A program made the translations under genes and the position numbers. The notes beneath the pieces are model-generated. The model saw nothing but the letters and a program-made list of their open reading frames with translations. It made no database searches and was not told where the DNA came from. From the NCBI RefSeq assembly GCF_000025945.1, contig NC_006138.1, forward strand, positions 180,001 through 212,000: DNA of 32,000 bases. The letters are read 5' to 3'. Positions 18,142 through 28,809 of this stretch are shown here, one piece after another. Source of the stretch: Desulfotalea psychrophila LSv54. GTDB taxonomy: Bacteria; Desulfobacterota; Desulfobulbia; Desulfobulbales; Desulfocapsaceae. Within the stretch, counting starts at the first letter, position 1, and the number at the start of each line of letters is the position of its first letter.

Positions 18142-19100
18142 CCTTCAATGCAGTCACCCCTTTCGAGGTGATTGATACTCGCTCAGGGTTGCTCATATGC
18201 TCCTGCAGGGTCCTTCAATGTAGTCACCCCTTTCGAGGTGATTGATACATTTTTTCAGGTCGATATAGCGCATATCTTTGGCGCTTCAATGTAATCACCC
18301 CTTGCGAGGTGATTGACACGCAGACCTGCAGGCCGACCGTTATAACAGTCCTTGCTTCAATGCAGTCACCCCTTTCAAGGTGATTGATACCGTTTGCCAC
18401 AGGAAAGAGCATCGGCGGTTGATCGCTTCAATGTAGTCACCCCTTTCGAGGTGATTGATACTTCCCGAGATCGGTCAGGTCATAGACGCCAAACTGCTTC
18501 AATGTAGTCACCCCTTTCGAGGTGATTGATACGTCGACAAGGTAGGAGCCGGGCCGAGAGTAGGGGCTTCAATGTAGTCACCCCTTTCGAGGTGATTGAT
18601 ACTCGTCGTCCCAATCCATTCCGCTTGCAACAAACTGCTTCAATGTAGTCACCCCTTTCGAGGTGATTGATACGTACAGACAGGCTTATCATCAGAGTAA
18701 TAGGTGGCTTCAATGTAGTCACCCCTTTCGAGGTGATTGATACATGGGCCGAATGGCAACTCTACGAGTTCTATCCTGCTTCAATGTAGTCACCCCTTTC
18801 GAGGTGATTGATACTGTCTATCGCCTTGATAGCGGTAGATCCCTTGATGCTTCAATGTAGTCACCCCTTTCGAGGTGATTGATACCCGATGATCGGGCAA
18901 TACGTCACTTGTATCGGGTCGCTTCAATGTAGTCACCCCTTTCGAGGTGATTGATACAACCTCGGTCGATGTTTGTGGGGCTGTGTTGATTTGCTTCAAT
19001 GTAGTCACCCCTTTCGAGGTGATTGATACCAGCTCAAACTGATTTTGAGGACAGTGATAAACAGCTTCAATGTAGTCACCCCTTTCGAGGTGATTGATAC
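18142..19100 (-). CRISPR. CRISPR array: 14 repeats of 37 nt, 13 spacers of 33-35 nt
   Basis: Plus-strand repeat GCTTCAATGTAGTCACCCCTTTCGAGGTGATTGATAC. Starts at about 18142, 18212, 18283, 18354, 18425, 18496, 18566, 18637, 18707, 18778, 18849, 18921, 18993, 19064. Repeats 1-4 are variant and repeats 5-14 identical. Likely transcribed on the minus strand (repeat ending ...ACATTGAAGC). Confidence 0.98.
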
Positions 19101-19249
19101 TGCCAGTTAACTAACATGCTAAAAACACATATTCATCCAAGGTGTTTCCGCGAACACACTCAGAAGAACATTACAAGTTGCTGTGAATATATGCGAAAAC
19201 AGAAAATCCTTTATAATATCAATAAGTGCGAACAAGGCCACTTTCCTTG
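19101..19249 (-). promoter_or_regulatory. Putative CRISPR leader
   Basis: AT-rich non-coding segment between csb3 and the homogeneous end of the array; the opposite array end carries the decayed repeats. Confidence 0.5.
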
Positions 19250-19933
19250 CTAGTGAGACCTTCGCGCAGGCAGTAAATATCCCATCTGACCGTTGCGCTG
19301 AATAGTAGCCTCATAAAGATCCCCCCCCCACTCAGTACTCTTTGATTGTACAACTGCCCAAACCCCACTTATGTCTAAAGGAACTGACCATGTTACCCAC
19401 TGATAAAATCCCTTTCTAACACCTAAGCTCGTAACAGGGAGTGCTTCTGCGGCAAGCCACTGCCCAGCAATAACCCCGCGATGTGGAGAAGATGTTGGCG
19501 CCTTCATACCACCAACTTTTGCGGCCATTTTGTTAGCACCAACATCCCAACCCAGACTTGTTATGTTATCTTCGTTCATCCATGGGAGGTTGAGGGCATT
19601 TAAAATATCATCTCGCGTAACACTTATCAGCATTGTTGTAATAACATTGCTAAAACTCACTCTTCCTGCTGTGAGATCTAACGGTATTTTTTCTGCTGTC
19701 TTACTTTTGGGAAGTTCCTCCAAAAGAGAACTCCCCTCTGCGAGATACCTTGACAAGCTCTCTAAAACAATATTTTCATCTACACCAAGTAAAACAGGAT
19801 GCTGATGCTCCCACAATAAATGAGCTTTATGCCCCATACGAGATACAATTGAAAAACACCCCACTGCCGCCATCCAAGCCTGAGCATTTGTCTCAAATAA
19901 ACCTTGCATTTTATATTGCACGTTATTCCTCAC
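19250..19933 (-). CDS. csb3: CRISPR-associated protein Csb3-like (GSU0052-type, type I-G/I-U)
   Basis: Position directly after cas3 (11-nt overlap). Contains KIPLDLTAG..., DVGANKMAAKVGG, WLAAEALPVTSLGVRKGFYQWVTWSVPL, consistent with the Csb3 layout. Confidence 0.65.
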   Translation of the reverse strand: MRNNVQYKMQGLFETNAQAWMAAVGCFSIVSRMGHKAHLLWEHQHPVLLGVDENIVLESLSRYLAEGSSLLEELPKSKTAEKIPLDLTAGRVSFSNVITTMLISVTRDDILNALNLPWMNEDNITSLGWDVGANKMAAKVGGMKAPTSSPHRGVIAGQWLAAEALPVTSLGVRKGFYQWVTWSVPLDISGVWAVVQSKSTEWGGDLYEATIQRNGQMGYLLPARRSH

Positions 19934-22184
19934 TTTTACTTTGTACCCAATCTGCTAGCCGAACCATTGCCTCAAGATATGCCAACTGCCATGCCCCATA
20001 TTCTTCATTCAACCTACAGGTCATACTTCCCCAATCTGATCCCCCTGCTTTATGCCACAGGGCAAAGTCTCCGCTTATTGACAAGACACTTCTGTTGTAT
20101 CCATGATGAGTCCCAACAAGATACTTCAACAAGTCGCTCACCTCATCTGACAACATTGATACAGATGCAACTTCATGCCGCCAACCCTTGGGCAAACCGG
20201 ACATACTACGAGCAACCTTCGCTGCCCATGGAGAAATGTGATTTGACTTTGCCAAGGGTGTGGAACATGCTCCAAGCATAGTTTGAAACCGAGGATCTTG
20301 CTTGCCGATATCATGCAAGCGGGCTGCTTGTCGAACAGCCTCATCTGCTGAGAAATTTTTTGCGACTTCAAACACATTGTCTAAGTGGTCACTCAAAGCA
20401 ACTTCATCACCAGATCGTTTTCTTCGTGGAGTTTCTGTAACTATAACTCCTGCTGGATAAAAGGTGATTAAAGGCTTCACAAAAGGTGCATTGGCTTCTT
20501 TGAGAAGCTCGGGAATGTCAGAATCTTCACCTGCTCCTACTAATCTAAACTTTGCTCCTACTTGATTACCTAGATCCTTAACAGGGTCACATTTCTGAGG
20601 CATCCATCCCCACTCATCATAGCCACCATACCGCGTCGGTATGACAATCATACACCCACCGCGTATGCTGTCACCCCTTACAACCCTATCGCCTACAACA
20701 ACAGACCGACGCCCTAGCCAACGTACAACCTCATAAATAGGACATGGCATAGCTTCTGCCATTACTGGAGGTGCTGCTTGAACAATTTCAACCCATTGCT
20801 CAGTTTCACAGGGAAGGTCTTCACGCCACACTACCTGAACAGTGATATTGTCTTTATCGTCACCATGGAGCCAAGGACTAATATCCATATCGACAGATGG
20901 CATGGTTTGCCTCAAACAACGAAGATCTGTATGACTCAAAGGGAAAGGAAGGGAAATTTCTCGCATTGGGGGGCTGCTTGCTTCTATAGCTTTTTTTATT
21001 GCAAGTACGCCAAAATCAACCCGCTTATTTTTACCCTTACCGTGTTGTATTTTTTTGAGCCATGACCATGTACTTTTTAGAATTTTCTTCCCATAAACTT
21101 TGCAATCCTGATCCTTTCCCAGATCAAGATAAACAATCGCCCCCTGACATGCCTGTAATTCTCCAAGCCGATCTAGTCGCCCAAATCTTTGTTGCAAGGC
21201 ATCAATTGGTGCATTTTGAGTTACAAGGGCATCAAAATCTAAATCCGCCCCCACCTCAATGGTTTGTGTTGCCACCACAAAAAGAGGCTGCCTCCCTCGT
21301 CCTCTACTACCACTGAGCATTTGCGGAAGGTATTGATTAAGTATTTCATCTTTATCAGCTGGTCTCACGCGACCTGTGAGGAGAATCTTCTCGCCTGGCA
21401 ATTTAGCAAAAATTGCTCGTGCATGTTTAGTGGTGTTGCATACCACGGCCACAACGCCTTTTACATCCGCCATTAGAAGGTTCGCTTCTTTCACCATTGT
21501 TGACAAAAATTGCTCGTCCGATGGTTTGACCAACTTAACAATCTTTTTACTGGCTAATCTTTTCTTGAGGACAGGATGAGCATAATCTTTAGCAGACAAA
21601 GTCATAGTCCTGTCATCTGTTACAGGTGTCGCTGTCATTGTAACAACGTGCCAGGGTAATATTGAGGGGGGGCGAAGATTCATAATCTGCTTTAAAGTCT
21701 CCGCAAATGGGGTAGAGATATGCGCCTCATCTAAAACAATCATCGCGTCATTCCCAATCAAAGCAGCGTGAATAGGAGCTGACTTCGGACTGACACCATA
21801 CCCGCGCCATAAAAGACGTGAACCAGCTTGGTCTACTGTGGAAACAATAACAACAGGCTCATGTGGATTCAGCATCCACGAGTCATCAATTGTTACTCCA
21901 CCTCTCATTTTTATTACGGTACAACCGATTTTCTCTGCATACTCAGTAACAGAATCTACAATAAGGCGACGATCCACGATATAAATAAGGCGAGTAGGGA
22001 CTTTCGCTCCAATCTCCACAGCATAATGCCAGGCAGCGATTATGGCGGTTTTACCTGAAGCAGTAGGGGTTGATATCGACTCAGGTGGTTGACCTGCTAA
22101 CACCCTTTCTGCAAGAGACAATTGCCAAGGAAATGGACTATATCCATGTTTTCCCTGATACCACTCATCAAATTTGAGAGACAT
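19923..22184 (-). CDS. cas3: CRISPR-associated Cas3 helicase with C-terminal HD nuclease domain (GSU0051/I-G type)
   Basis: STPTASGKTAIIA, IVLDEAHIS, VTMTATPV, VVATQTIEVGADLDFD, LQQRFGRLDRLGE, and C-terminal AARLHDIGKQDPRFQ...GTHHGY. Confidence 0.93.
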   Translation of the reverse strand: MSLKFDEWYQGKHGYSPFPWQLSLAERVLAGQPPESISTPTASGKTAIIAAWHYAVEIGAKVPTRLIYIVDRRLIVDSVTEYAEKIGCTVIKMRGGVTIDDSWMLNPHEPVVIVSTVDQAGSRLLWRGYGVSPKSAPIHAALIGNDAMIVLDEAHISTPFAETLKQIMNLRPPSILPWHVVTMTATPVTDDRTMTLSAKDYAHPVLKKRLASKKIVKLVKPSDEQFLSTMVKEANLLMADVKGVVAVVCNTTKHARAIFAKLPGEKILLTGRVRPADKDEILNQYLPQMLSGSRGRGRQPLFVVATQTIEVGADLDFDALVTQNAPIDALQQRFGRLDRLGELQACQGAIVYLDLGKDQDCKVYGKKILKSTWSWLKKIQHGKGKNKRVDFGVLAIKKAIEASSPPMREISLPFPLSHTDLRCLRQTMPSVDMDISPWLHGDDKDNITVQVVWREDLPCETEQWVEIVQAAPPVMAEAMPCPIYEVVRWLGRRSVVVGDRVVRGDSIRGGCMIVIPTRYGGYDEWGWMPQKCDPVKDLGNQVGAKFRLVGAGEDSDIPELLKEANAPFVKPLITFYPAGVIVTETPRRKRSGDEVALSDHLDNVFEVAKNFSADEAVRQAARLHDIGKQDPRFQTMLGACSTPLAKSNHISPWAAKVARSMSGLPKGWRHEVASVSMLSDEVSDLLKYLVGTHHGYNRSVLSISGDFALWHKAGGSDWGSMTCRLNEEYGAWQLAYLEAMVRLADWVQSKSEE

Positions 22185-23457
22185 TGTTTAGCTCCTCTGA
22201 GTAAAAGGGTCTACATAAACCACTGCCAAAATACCGATCGGCACCGATTATAATTGGCCCTATTATATATGATGACCATACTATAACGACATGGCACATA
22301 TATCGCCTGTTCTTCCTTGAGGGATATTTTCTTGCATCTATAGTGCCTTTTATCGGGGAGGTATTGCCACAAGAAATGTACGCAGGCAAAGGTAAGCCCA
22401 TTTTAGCCAAGCTTTCAGCAACAATGCTTTCAGGAGAAACCTTCTTTGTAGGCCAACGATCAAGAGCTACAGGGGTAACAGTTGCAAAAGATTTTGAGGC
22501 CTTATTCCAAGCACTACTTTGTAAACCCTTCAAACCAACATTGTCTAGCTCTAGCTCAACCTCTCCAAGATTTCTTACCCTCATCAAAGATGCACCTACA
22601 ACTCCAACCTCTAAGTCACTTACGTCTGACGGAAGCCAACAACCTAGCCCTAGGATATGTCCCTTTGCATACTTATGACCAACATCAGGAATTGCCGCCC
22701 AAGCAACATGACGATAATCTCCGTGACCATGTACAAGTGGTGGCAAGGATGAATCTTCAGCCTGACTTATAACTGCCCTCCGTAACTTATCTGTCCAATA
22801 CGTTGTTTGGTGGATATCAAGCTGTCTTTGAGGACGTAGTACAAAAAGCTCCCCCCATCTTTCATTAGAGACAAGAGTCTTCTTTTCTCTATACGAGGTA
22901 TAAGGCGCAGCAGGGCTTCTCGCACCTACTTCAAAATGCGCTATAAGTTCTTGCAACCTACCCGTATATGGAGTCCTAACCCGTAAACCTCCATCTTTAT
23001 CTGGTACCCAATTAAACTTAACACTATCAGCAGGAACAACCCTTCCGATAACAAGACTTGTGGCTCTGCCGATGTGAGTCAGTTGTTCAACAATTTTTGT
23101 AAGAGGAGCAATACATTTTTCGGGAACATCTCTCCAAAGATAACTCACGATATTATTCTTTGGATGAACAACTGGGAGATGTCTTGCTGTACCCGTATGA
23201 TAATCTTTTCCTCTACGAAAATTTTCCGGCACATATTGCAGCGGGGCTCTAGGACACAATGCTTCTTCAAATTGCATCAAAGGAGGCGATTCAAGGTACT
23301 TTAACACCTCCAGATCTTCGCCTATTTCAGCGGCTGTTGCGACCATGGCTTGAAATTTTCGATCTGGGGCCGGAGGCCATTCACCTCTTTGAGGTGATGC
23401 TGGATCTGATAACTGCGGCTTAACCAGAAATTCTATCTGCGCCGCAAAGTCACTCAT
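22168..23457 (-). CDS. csb2: CRISPR-associated Csb2 (GSU0054-type Cas5-Cas6 fusion)
   Basis: RGEWPPAPDRKFQAMVATAAEIGE, GRATSLVIGRV, DYRHVAWAAIPDVGHKYAKGHILGLGCWLP, TPVALDRWPTKK, CHVVIVWSSYIIGPIIIGADRYFGSGLCRP. The ATG overlaps the upstream stop (ATGA). Confidence 0.88.
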   Translation of the reverse strand: MSDFAAQIEFLVKPQLSDPASPQRGEWPPAPDRKFQAMVATAAEIGEDLEVLKYLESPPLMQFEEALCPRAPLQYVPENFRRGKDYHTGTARHLPVVHPKNNIVSYLWRDVPEKCIAPLTKIVEQLTHIGRATSLVIGRVVPADSVKFNWVPDKDGGLRVRTPYTGRLQELIAHFEVGARSPAAPYTSYREKKTLVSNERWGELFVLRPQRQLDIHQTTYWTDKLRRAVISQAEDSSLPPLVHGHGDYRHVAWAAIPDVGHKYAKGHILGLGCWLPSDVSDLEVGVVGASLMRVRNLGEVELELDNVGLKGLQSSAWNKASKSFATVTPVALDRWPTKKVSPESIVAESLAKMGLPLPAYISCGNTSPIKGTIDARKYPSRKNRRYMCHVVIVWSSYIIGPIIIGADRYFGSGLCRPFYSEELNNVSQI

Positions 23458-24490
23458 TCCTCTCCTCGTGGAAGAAGACCCACCAGAGCACTCCCAGCCG
23501 TCAAACATATCGGCTCTTGGTTAAAAGAAAGACCATGTTCTTTTGCCACAGCCAATGCTTCTTTTAGCTTAGCGGTTGACGAAGGAAGATTGAATGCTAC
23601 CTGCTCGCCATTCGATCTTAAAACATAGGACTCACGACTAGCTGTATAAAGCTCACAACCAGAACGTAAATCTAATTTGTCCATGACCAGAGAAACTCCT
23701 AGTAAAGCTAACTGTATGAGTACCTCACGGCCTGCTTGATCTCGTTCTGGGCTAGATGTACCAGCTTCATCAGGAAAACTATAGCGGCTTAACCGCGTCA
23801 GAGATATTGCTCCGTTTAACTCTATACGTCCTGCAAAGACACCTTTATCCGCTGTATCTGGAATATCACTATGCCCCAATTTAGAAGGGTTTTACCACCT
23901 TCTGGATCGGGAGTAATTGTTCCATCCTTCAATGAATGGAGGGGCAGAGTTAGCTTTGATCCCCAAGGGGGTCAATTCTTTGGGCTTGTATGCTGAGCCA
24001 CAAAAACATCATATCCCCATATTTCGCATGACACTGATCGAGATATCTTCACTCCTTTTACACTTTTTCCAGCATGAGAATCCCAGCCACCTAAAGAAGT
24101 GTCATGGAGCATAAGTAAAAGAGCAGTTGCATTCTTTGTGGTACTACTGAGTAATTGATGTCCTATATCAGAATTTCTCCATGAGTCTTCCCCCAAAAAG
24201 GAGTCACGAAGAATGGCATCATATATCCTATGAGGCAACTCATTCACAGAGAGCGTTTGATTGGCAACAGATGTTGTTATCTCTGGAAGGATGCCAAGAG
24301 CGGCAAGCTCTGCTTCAATACGATTTGCAAATGATCCCACAGAATCAACCTGCACAGCCTTAGCTTTGCCCGTCCCTTTATCTAAAGCAACAAAGTTGTG
24401 ACCTACACCTGCAAATGTTGGTGGGTATATGTGATCACTACCATTAACATTCTTGAGGTTTGCTTTAATAGAAATAGCGACATCTGACAT
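23454..24490 (-). pseudogene. csb1: CRISPR-associated Csb1 (GSU0053-type Cas7), apparently frameshifted about three times
   Basis: The N-terminal ORF (VDSVGSFANRIEAELAALG, LLLMLHDTSLGGWDS...SRSVSCEIWGYDVF) resembles Csb1/Cas7. The rest continues in other frames: CGSAYKPKELTPLGIKANSAPPFIE / DGTITPDPEGGKTLLNWG / HSDIPDTADKGVFAGRIELNG...CELYTASRESYV. Total span of about 345 codons is appropriate for an intact gene. Confidence 0.7.
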
Positions 24491-24685
24491 ATTCTTTCTC
24501 CTTAAATGGGTGGTACAAACATGGATGACAACCAACTTGATTTCGAGGCGTCTATATGATAGGAGCAATAGACATTATTCCACTATTTCATTCAAGTCTT
24601 TGTTTTTAAAAAAGAATAAAAGTTACTGAGTCTTTATGAGACGGAGAGAGAGAGAAAGACTCTACCTCAAAGAAGGGGTTGAGCC

Positions 24686-24815
24686 GTATCTAGCTCAAGA
24701 GGAGATGAAACAGGGGATTGGTGGCACAGGAGGTAAAAACTCTTCGTTTGCTCTTGGGGTGGGCGGGGATCGCTGCTCGAAACATTGATCCAATCTGCTT
24801 ACATAGTGCTTACAC
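24686..24815. repeat. ~130-bp element-end signature, right copy (homologous to 11670-11799)
   Basis: GTATCTAGCTCAAGAGGAGATGAAACAGGGGATTGGTGGCACAGGAGG...GGGCGGGGATCGCTGCTCGAAACATTGATCCAATCTGCTTACATAGTGCTTACAC. Confidence 0.85.
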
Positions 24816-24831
24816 GAGCAAAAGACACAAA

Positions 24832-24866
24832 AAAAGGGTTACAGCCGAATGACTGTAACCCTTTGG
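24832..24866 (-). terminator. Hairpin GGGTTACAG...CTGTAACCC downstream of tRNA-Met
   Basis: AAAAAAAGGGTTACAGCCGAATGACTGTAACCCTTT: perfect stem, T run in the tRNA (minus) direction. Confidence 0.8.
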
Positions 24867-24873
24867 AATAACT

Positions 24874-24950
24874 TGGTGGCGATACAGGGAATCGAACCCC
24901 GGACACTACGGATATGAGCCGTATGCTCTAACCGACTGAGCTACATCGCC
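24874..24950 (-). tRNA. tRNA-Met (anticodon CAT), encoded CCA
   Basis: Minus strand GGCGATGTAGCTCAGTCGGTTAGAGCATACGGCTCATATCCGTAGTGTCCGGGGTTCGATTCCCTGTATCGCCACCA folds as a cloverleaf, with anticodon loop CTCATAT. Confidence 0.95.
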
Positions 24951-25182
24951 GCGCTGTGAAGCAAGGACTTTATACTTAATTACCCTCTTGCTGTCAACAT
25001 ATTTTCCCTGTTTCTTTTGTTAAATTTCGTTTTCCAGGGCCTTTTTTCCTGAGACAAAAGGAGGGCCTGCCTAAGCCACTATTGTTGCGAAATAAAACGA
25101 TAGATGCGACAGGGCAGCGAAGAGATCTCTCCGACAAGAAAAAAGAACCGACACGGACAAGGGGAGAAGCAGAGAGGGTACA

Positions 25183-25218
25183 AAAAAAGGGGGGACAGAC
25201 ATAAAGCCGGTCCCCCCC
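25183..25218 (-). terminator. Rho-independent terminator of groES-groEL
   Basis: Minus strand GGGGGGACC...GTCCCCCC followed by TTTTTTT. Confidence 0.8.
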
Positions 25219-25256
25219 AGGTACAACTAAAGCAAATGTGCTTCAGGTACGGCTGA

Positions 25257-26968
<1,712 letters not shown>

Positions 26969-27027
26969 TCAGCGGGGCAAACAACTTCTAAACAATCAGT
27001 GTAGCTGTATCATCAGGAAACTGATGA

Positions 27028-27315
27028 CTACTCCATGATGCCGAGGATATCGTCTTCACGCATGATGAGAAAATCTTCTCCATCAAGCTTCACATCGGTT
27101 CCACCATACTTGGAGAAGAGTACAAGATCGCCCTCTTTTACCTGCAATGCAACACGCTCACCACTGTCGCTAACCTTTCCAGGTCCTACAGCTACAACCT
27201 GACCTTCAGCTGGCTTTTCTTTAGCGCTATCAGGAATGATGATACCACCAGCGGTTTTCTCTTCTTCAGCCAGTCTCTTCACCAAAAGCCGATCATTCAA
27301 GGGACGAATTTTCAT
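27028..27315 (-). CDS. groES: Co-chaperonin GroES
   Basis: [47 protein letters not shown]...[29 protein letters not shown]. Confidence 0.97.
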   Translation of the reverse strand: MKIRPLNDRLLVKRLAEEEKTAGGIIIPDSAKEKPAEGQVVAVGPGKVSDSGERVALQVKEGDLVLFSKYGGTDVKLDGEDFLIMREDDILGIME

Positions 27316-27465
27316 TACTGCCTCCTGCGTTACATATATGTTTTTAGTTATCCTCGTCTATCTAGACGATTTTTCATCATAGTTACCTATGTCGTTAGGT
27401 AGTCATTTAAACTCGCAAAAACTATAGGTTCGGTTTAATAAAAATCAAGGGGAGTTTTACAAAAA

Positions 27466-27502
27466 AACAAGGCCCCTATCGAATATCTCGAAGGGGCCTT
27501 TA
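27466..27502 (-). terminator. Terminator-like hairpin downstream of ilvE
   Basis: AAGGCCCC-TATCGAATATCTCGA-AGGGGCCTTT. Confidence 0.75.
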
Positions 27503-27546
27503 GACTAGATTTCAATTCCTTAGATGAGAGAAATCAGAGGAAGATG

Positions 27547-28629
27547 CTAACCCACACGCTCAACCCATTTGAATGGATCTTCCAGCTCGCCATACTGAAT
27601 ACCCTGAAGCTCGGCATAGAGTCTCTGCGAGAGTTCTCCAGCCTTACCAGCATTAATGATATAGCTCTTATCCTTATAGACAATTTCACCTACAGGGGAG
27701 ATTACAGCAGCCGTTCCTGTGCCAAAGGATTCCAGCAGAGTACCGTCTTCACTTGCCCGTAAAACTTCCTCTATGGTGATCTTGCGCTCGGAGACATTGA
27801 GGCCCCAGCTTCTGGCAAGTTTCAAAATAGAATCTCTGGTGATACCGCCAAGAATTGAACCTCCAAGCGGAGGAGTGATAAGCTCATCGCCAATACGGAA
27901 GAAGATATTACTGGTGCCCACCTCTTCCACATACTTAAACTCTTTCGCATCGAGCCAGAGGACTTGGCTACAACCTTTTTTCCTTGCAATCTCAGCAGTA
28001 TAGAGAGATGCTGCATAATTTCCGGCAGTCTTAATATTGCCAACGCCACCGGGAACTGCACGGGCCTGCTCATCACTTACGTAGATCTTGGTAGGGTTAC
28101 AACCCTCCTTATAGTATGCGCCCACGGGACTCATAATAACAAAGAAGTAGTACTTCTCGGAAGGACGGACACCAAGACTGGGCTCTACCGCAATCATGGT
28201 CGGACGAATATAGAGAGATGAACCGGGGGCCTCGGGAATCCAATCCTTTTCGAGATAGAGAAGGGCCTTCAAGCTCTTCAACACCTTGTCCACGGGCAGG
28301 CGGGGCATACAGAGACGTACTGCAGATTGATTCATCCGCTCAAGGTTATCCGTCGGACGAAACATATAGGTCTGCCCATCCTTACCCTTATAGCCCTTCA
28401 TCCCCTCAAAAATTGCCTGGCCGTAATGGAAGACCATTGCCGCAGGATCAAGGACCAAATTATGATATGGACAAATTTTTGCGTCATGCCACCCGTTCTC
28501 TCTGCTCCATGTCATCGCAAACATGTGATCGGTAAAGTCACTACCAAAACAAAGGTTCTCACTTGAAGGTTTTTCCTTTAAATTTTCGACAGATACTTTT
28601 TCAAGTGCAACATCAAGATTTTCCCACAT
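27547..28629 (-). CDS. ilvE: Branched-chain amino acid aminotransferase
   Basis: HYGQAIFEGMKGYKGKDGQTYMFRPTDNLERMNQSAVRLCMP, YIRPTMIAVEPSLGV, KTAGNYAASL, WLDAKEFKYVEEVGTSNIFF, SILGGITRDSIL. Confidence 0.95.
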   Translation of the reverse strand: MWENLDVALEKVSVENLKEKPSSENLCFGSDFTDHMFAMTWSRENGWHDAKICPYHNLVLDPAAMVFHYGQAIFEGMKGYKGKDGQTYMFRPTDNLERMNQSAVRLCMPRLPVDKVLKSLKALLYLEKDWIPEAPGSSLYIRPTMIAVEPSLGVRPSEKYYFFVIMSPVGAYYKEGCNPTKIYVSDEQARAVPGGVGNIKTAGNYAASLYTAEIARKKGCSQVLWLDAKEFKYVEEVGTSNIFFRIGDELITPPLGGSILGGITRDSILKLARSWGLNVSERKITIEEVLRASEDGTLLESFGTGTAAVISPVGEIVYKDKSYIINAGKAGELSQRLYAELQGIQYGELEDPFKWVERVG

Positions 28630-28809
28630 AGCTCCGGCCTCCAGGCAGTACTTATTTTTCTTTTCTTAATTTATCATACGATATATACTTCACATAAGGA
28701 GTGAACATCCTACCAGAAATTCATCTTTTAGCAAAGTTCCCCGAATGTTTCGGCGAAAAAGTTAGCCTCTCCGATATATTTTCACCTTTATTTACGAGTA
28801 AGACCGCAG

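Larger units (their letters stand above)
11884..24924. mobile_element. tRNA-Met-integrated element with P4-type integrase and primase-helicase plus a type I-G CRISPR-Cas module
   Basis: 52-bp direct repeats at both ends, integrase immediately inside the left repeat, phage/plasmid replication genes, IS remnant, and a CRISPR-Cas operon ending at the intact tRNA. Confidence 0.9.

Noticed and set aside
18224-19008. Several ORFs (VSITSKGVTTLK... repeats) inside the CRISPR array
   Set aside because: They are translations of the 37-nt CRISPR repeats, not genes.
20138-23304. Plus-strand ORFs (for example 22343..22678, 20778..21065) inside the cas operon
   Set aside because: Antisense to well-supported cas3 and csb2 coding sequence.
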